A stretch of DNA of 61,195 bases, the filler included, from Actinomycetota bacterium (GTDB lineage: Bacteria; Actinomycetota; Acidimicrobiia; IMCC26256; VFJJ01): NCBI GenBank assembly GCA_009886115.1. It is 4 parts of 4 records of this genome, joined end to end, with 100 filler letters (N's around TTAATTAATTAA, not from the genome) between each part and the next. Parts side by side here need not be neighbours in the genome. Positions count along the whole stretch, not along the records: positions 51,714 to 61,195 come from VFJJ01000098.1; 3 more parts are not named here. One strand, written 5' to 3'. Made by a program: the position numbers and the translations under genes. Below the pieces are notes generated by a model that was given only the letters and a program-made list of their open reading frames with translations, was not told the DNA's origin and did not search any database. Positions 56,983 to 61,195 of the stretch are shown here, one piece after another. Every line of letters begins with the position of its first letter. Position 1 is the first letter of the stretch.

Positions 56983-57849
56983 TCAATCGCTCAGGTCGAA
57001 GAGCAGCTGCGTGCCTGCGGTCATCTGCTCGATGAGATCGACTCGCGACACGGTGTGCAGCGCGTCGAAGACGGCCCGGTTGGCCGCGCCGGCCACCCAG
57101 ACCGGACCCGACCCGATGGCCGCCAGGCCTTCCCGGGCCACGGCGGCGGGATCCATGGGCGGGTACTCGGCGGTGATCCTGGCGCCCATGCGATCGTGTG
57201 CCGGCGTCGCCGTGGCCCCAGCCACCAGGGCCATCGCGTCGACCCCGTCGCGTCGCAGCTCCCGCCACAGCCCCTCGGCGAGGATCTGGTCGAAGGCCTT
57301 GGTGGCTGCGTAGGTGGCAACCCACCCCGTGCCCGCCAGACCGGCCATCGAGCCGACGAGGATGATCCCGCCCCGACCGCGACCCCGCATCAGCCTGCCG
57401 AAGTGGTGACAGAGCCTGGTGGGCGTCACGACGTTGAGGCTGAGGAGGTGCATCACCTCGTCGATCGTGCGGTCGTGGAATCTGACGGCCATGGTGTCGG
57501 CGCCGGCGTTGTAGACGACGAGCCCGACGTCGAGGTCGGCGGTCGCGGCCACGAGCTGCTCGACGGCATCGTGAGCAGTGAGGTCGAGCGCCACGACTCG
57601 GCACCGTTCGGCGGCAGCGTTGGGGGTGGTGCCGGGCCCGGAGGCCGCCGCTGAACCCGATGACCCCGATGACATCGCCGACGCCACGATCGAGGCGGCG
57701 AGCGCGTCGAGCGTGTCCTTGCGGCGTGAGACGAGCACGACACCGAAGCCCGCATCGTGAAGTTGACGGGCAAAGGCTTCGCCGATGCCCTCCGACGCCC
57801 CGGCGACGATCGCCCAGGGCCCGTGCTGTTCGAGCGCGATTCCGACCAT
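56983..57849 (-). CDS. SDR oxidoreductase
   Basis: GPWAIVAGASEGIG, YNAG, YAATK. Confidence 0.9.
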   Translation of the reverse strand: MVGIALEQHGPWAIVAGASEGIGEAFARQLHDAGFGVVLVSRRKDTLDALAASIVASAMSSGSSGSAAASGPGTTPNAAAERCRVVALDLTAHDAVEQLVAATADLDVGLVVYNAGADTMAVRFHDRTIDEVMHLLSLNVVTPTRLCHHFGRLMRGRGRGGIILVGSMAGLAGTGWVATYAATKAFDQILAEGLWRELRRDGVDAMALVAGATATPAHDRMGARITAEYPPMDPAAVAREGLAAIGSGPVWVAGAANRAVFDALHTVSRVDLIEQMTAGTQLLFDLSD

Positions 57850-57940
57850 GGCGGCCACGCTAGGCCCGTCGGGCCGGCGTCGTGTAGAACGACGGCCAGG
57901 GTCCTCCATGTGGAGGAGGGCGAGACGGGGAGCGCGCCGA

Positions 57941-58660
57941 ATGATCCGAATCGACGGCAAGGTTGCGATCATCACCGGCGGTTCCCGGGGCCAGGGGGCG
58001 GCGACGGCTGGCGTGTTCGTCGCGGCCGGCGCCACCGTGTACATCACCGACGTCGACGACGCCGAAGGCGAAGCCGTGGCCTCCTCGTGCGGGTGCACGT
58101 ACCTCCACCACGACGTGAGCCAACCGGCCGAGTGGGCCGCGGTGGTCGACCGGGTCGTCGCCGATCACGGACGGATCGACGTCCTCGTGAACAACGCCGG
58201 GATCATCGAGTGGCGCACCATGACCGACACGTCGCTCGAGGTGTGGGAGCGGGTCGTGGCGGTCAACCAGACCGGACCGCTGCTCGGCATGCAGGCCGTC
58301 GCGCCGGTGATGAAGCGCCAGGGGAGTGGCTCGATCGTGAACCTGTCGTCGATCGGCGGCCTCGGCGGCTCGAGCCCGTGCTTCGCCTATGGAGCCACCA
58401 AGTGGGCGCTGCGGGGCATGACCCGTGGTGCGGCCCAGGAGCTCGGTCCCTTCGGCATCAGGGTCAACGCCATCCTTCCGGGATCGGTCGAGAGCCAGAT
58501 GATCGCCGGGATGGACCGGGAGAACTTGATCAAGGCCACCCCGCTCCGGCGCATCGCCCAGCCCGAGGAGATCGGGCGGCTCTCGCTGTGGCTGGCGTCG
58601 GACGAGAGCGGGTACGTGACTGGCGCCGACCACGTCATCGACGGTGGCATGAAGGCCTGA
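57941..58660 (+). CDS. SDR oxidoreductase
   Basis: TGGSRGQG, NNAG, YGATK. Confidence 0.93.
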   Translation: MIRIDGKVAIITGGSRGQGAATAGVFVAAGATVYITDVDDAEGEAVASSCGCTYLHHDVSQPAEWAAVVDRVVADHGRIDVLVNNAGIIEWRTMTDTSLEVWERVVAVNQTGPLLGMQAVAPVMKRQGSGSIVNLSSIGGLGGSSPCFAYGATKWALRGMTRGAAQELGPFGIRVNAILPGSVESQMIAGMDRENLIKATPLRRIAQPEEIGRLSLWLASDESGYVTGADHVIDGGMKA

Positions 58661-58717
58661 CCCGCAGTTTGCACCCGCACCTGCGAGCAGACCGCCCTTC
58701 CCCCGAACCGGAGTCCC

Positions 58718-58800
58718 GTGGACACAACGACCTTCCAGCGCCTCTTCGACATGCGCGGCCGCGTCGCGATCGTGACCGGCGGCACCCGGGGCATAGGCCG
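58718..58800 (+). pseudogene. N-terminal remnant of an SDR
   Basis: SD GGAG plus MDTTTFQRLFDMRGRVAIVTGGTRGIGR, then similarity is lost. Confidence 0.75.
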
Positions 58801-58968
58801 CCCGGTAACGTCGTCGGTCACCAGGCGTCGGTCGCGGTTCGTCGGGTCCTCGATACGGTCGACGATGCTCAGCATGCGTGAGCGCCCATCACGCCGAGAT
58901 CGCCGGTGCCCGTCGATCCGGCGGTGCTAGACACGGCCGACATCATCGCCGAGTTCGTGGGGGATCGC

Positions 58969-60666
58969 ATGGACAGCTCAGCCCGCGGCCTGTTGATCCG
59001 GGGCGGCGTCGTCGTCGACGGGACGGGGGCCTCGGCCGTCACCGCCGACCTGCGAGTGCGCCACGGGCTCATTGCCGAGATCGGAGTTGGCCTCGCAGAC
59101 GACGGCGAGTTGTCGATCGACGCTTCGGGGGCTTACGTGACCCCGGGCTTCATCGAATCCCACACGCACTTCGACGGTTCGATGTGGTGGGACCCGTCAT
59201 GCGACCCCATGCCCGCCTACGGCACGACCACGGCCGTGATCGGCAACTGCGGTCTCACCGTTGCGCCGCTGCGGGCGGAGGCCCGGGCGTCGATGCTGGA
59301 GCTGTTCTGCTTCATCGAGGACCTGCCGCTGCACGCCTTCACCCACGCCGTGCCCTGGAGCTGGGAGACCTGGCCCGAGTACCAGCAGGCGATCGACTCC
59401 CACGGCGCGGCGATCAACACCGCGGTGTTCGTGGGGCATCAGGCGCTGCGGACGCACGTGATGGGCGAAGACGCCTGGGTGCGCACGGCGACCCCGGTCG
59501 AGGTGAACGCCATGTGCCGGCTGCTCGACGAGGCACTGAGCCACGGCGGCATCGGCCTCTCGACCACGTTCATGGACACCGACCGGTCCAACCGCGAGGT
59601 GCCGTCCCGCAAGGCCGACGACATCGAGTTGGGCCGGATGATCGACGTGGTCGCTCGCCATCGCGGTGCCACGGTCCAGTTCGTGCCCCGCTTCATGCAG
59701 CCCGAGCACTGGCAGGGCGACTTCGACCGGATGGCCTCGCTGTGCGGCCCCCGTGGCGTTCGGGCCAACTGGGGCGCACTGCGGTGCGAGCAGCACCGAT
59801 CCGACGAGCTCGTCGAGCGCTGGGCGCACAACCGCGACGTCAATGCCGGTGGGGCGGCGATGGCCCCGCTGTTCTCGCACGCCATGAGCTACGTCAACCT
59901 CCACTTCGACCGGTCGATCATGTGGCACGGCGTGCTCGCCTGGCACGAGCTGGCGAACGGCCCCGACGACCAGAAGGAGACATTGCTGTCCGATCCACTC
60001 TGGCGGGCGAGGGCCCGGGCCGAGTGGGACGCCTGTACCTACACGCTGGCACCCATCCGCACGCCCGAACGCCTCCTGCTCGACCACTCCGCCCGCGAGC
60101 TACCGGGCCAGACCGGTCTGTCGCTGCTCGAGTACGCGACGGTTCGGAACCAGCACCTCTCCGACGCGCTGGCGTCGTGGCTGCTCGACAACGGGATCGG
60201 CTCGTCGATGCGGACCGCCGAGATGCCGCTCGACGAGGCCGCAGTCTGCGATCTCATCCGCCATCCCCATACGGTGACCGGCGGCAGCGACGCCGGCGCG
60301 CACATCCAGATGTTCAGCGGCGCTGGAAACGCCACGTACCTCCTCACCCGGTACGTGCGCGATGCCGGCCTGTTGTCGATCGAGGAAGCCGTCCACGCCG
60401 TCACGGGCAAGCACGCCGCGTACTTCGGTCTCGGTGATCGGGGTGTGCTCGAGGTCGGCAAGGCCGCCGACGTCACGGTCTTCGCGCTCGACGAGATCGA
60501 GCTCCACCCCGACGTGCGGGTCGACGACGTGCCCGGGGGGAGCTGGCGCTACACCCGTCCGGCCGGCGGCTATCGGGCGACCATCGCCAACGGGCACGTG
60601 ACCCACGTCGATGGCGAGCCCACCGGGGCCCGTCCGGGCCGCATGGTCGGTCTGAGCCCGGCGTGA
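58969..60666 (+). CDS. N-acyl-D-amino-acid deacylase family amidohydrolase
   Basis: LIRGGVVVDGTG, PGFIESHTHFD, GTTTAVIGNCG, SDAGAH, DRGVLEVGKAAD. Confidence 0.9.
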   Translation: MDSSARGLLIRGGVVVDGTGASAVTADLRVRHGLIAEIGVGLADDGELSIDASGAYVTPGFIESHTHFDGSMWWDPSCDPMPAYGTTTAVIGNCGLTVAPLRAEARASMLELFCFIEDLPLHAFTHAVPWSWETWPEYQQAIDSHGAAINTAVFVGHQALRTHVMGEDAWVRTATPVEVNAMCRLLDEALSHGGIGLSTTFMDTDRSNREVPSRKADDIELGRMIDVVARHRGATVQFVPRFMQPEHWQGDFDRMASLCGPRGVRANWGALRCEQHRSDELVERWAHNRDVNAGGAAMAPLFSHAMSYVNLHFDRSIMWHGVLAWHELANGPDDQKETLLSDPLWRARARAEWDACTYTLAPIRTPERLLLDHSARELPGQTGLSLLEYATVRNQHLSDALASWLLDNGIGSSMRTAEMPLDEAAVCDLIRHPHTVTGGSDAGAHIQMFSGAGNATYLLTRYVRDAGLLSIEEAVHAVTGKHAAYFGLGDRGVLEVGKAADVTVFALDEIELHPDVRVDDVPGGSWRYTRPAGGYRATIANGHVTHVDGEPTGARPGRMVGLSPA

Positions 60667-60738
60667 GCCCTGTGTGAGGTCGGCCTGAGGACGCGTCGGC
60701 CCAGGCTGGTCCGAGAGCGCCAGGGCGCCGCCGGGCTC

Positions 60739-61122
60739 TCAGCTCGTGAAGAGCTGCTCGGCGTGGCCCCGCATGATGCCGTGGCGGGTGTCGTCGTCGA
60801 GACCGTCGAGCAGGTTCACGAACGTGTGCGGCTCGGCCAGGCCTTCGGCGTGGGGGAAGTCGGAGCCCATGACCAGACACCGCGCGTCGCCCTTGAGCTG
60901 GCGCACGATCTCGACCACGTCGTCCTCGGGATAGGGCGAGACCCGCACGTGCCGCTGGAAGATCGCGCTCGGACGCTCCTTCAGCTGCCCGCCGATCCAG
61001 GGACCGTTGCGGCCCATGCCCTGACTCTTGTCCATGTACGACAACATGTGCGGGACCCAGCGCGCGCCGTGCTCGGCGACGAGGACGTTGAGCCCGGGGT
61101 GGCGGCCGAACAGGTTGTCGCC
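60739..61122 (-). pseudogene. C-terminal remnant of an amidohydrolase_2 protein (5' part deleted)
   Basis: DNLFGRHPGLNVLVAEHGARWVP...MGSDFPHAEG begins immediately after the upstream gene's stop; no N-terminal metal-binding half. Confidence 0.75.
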
Positions 61123-61195
61123 TCAGCCCTTGACGCTGACGGGCATCCGCGCCCAGCCCCGGACCGTGCTGGTGTGCACCATCTCCGAGCCGGCC
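61123..61195 (-). CDS. Probable cytochrome P450 C-terminus (rest lies outside the window)
   Basis: AGSEMVHTSTVRGWARMPVSVKG* resembles actinobacterial P450 C-termini; only 23 aa visible. Confidence 0.6.
   Translation of the reverse strand, partial: AGSEMVHTSTVRGWARMPVSVKG

Noticed and set aside
61123..61125. In-frame TGA as a second selenocysteine
   Set aside because: Not at a Cys or redox position; it separates two unrelated protein families.

Overview
High-GC actinobacterial DNA, most like class Acidimicrobiia (inferred from gene content). The window is four assembly contigs joined by artificial 100-bp N44-TTAATTAATTAA-N44 linkers, so gene adjacency across linkers is meaningless. Contig 1 (1-17465, minus strand) is the core cluster: tuf 3' end, ECF sigma/anti-sigma, tRNA-Trp, secE, nusG, rplKAJL, rpoBC, rpsLG, fusA, tuf. 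It is bracketed by identical tuf sequence with anomalous G/T-ending codons. Contig 2 (17566-46757) is accessory and housekeeping: a UxxC peroxiredoxin-like selenoprotein candidate split by an in-frame TGA, a CLC-F-type fluoride antiporter, ino1, an atypical Ser/Thr kinase with repeat ectodomain, a GT2/DUF2064 plus radical SAM plus two-component locus, a mini flagellin-tail protein with a sigma28-like promoter beside a hairpin-dense intergenic region, an MtrAB-LpqB-like system, and metXY. Contigs 3-4 hold catabolic genes (SDRs, molybdopterin oxidoreductase, thiolase-like/OB-fold pair, amidohydrolases, TetR with candidate operators) and several gene remnants. No CRISPR, transposase, phage or rRNA was seen. 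All family assignments come from motif recognition, not database searches.
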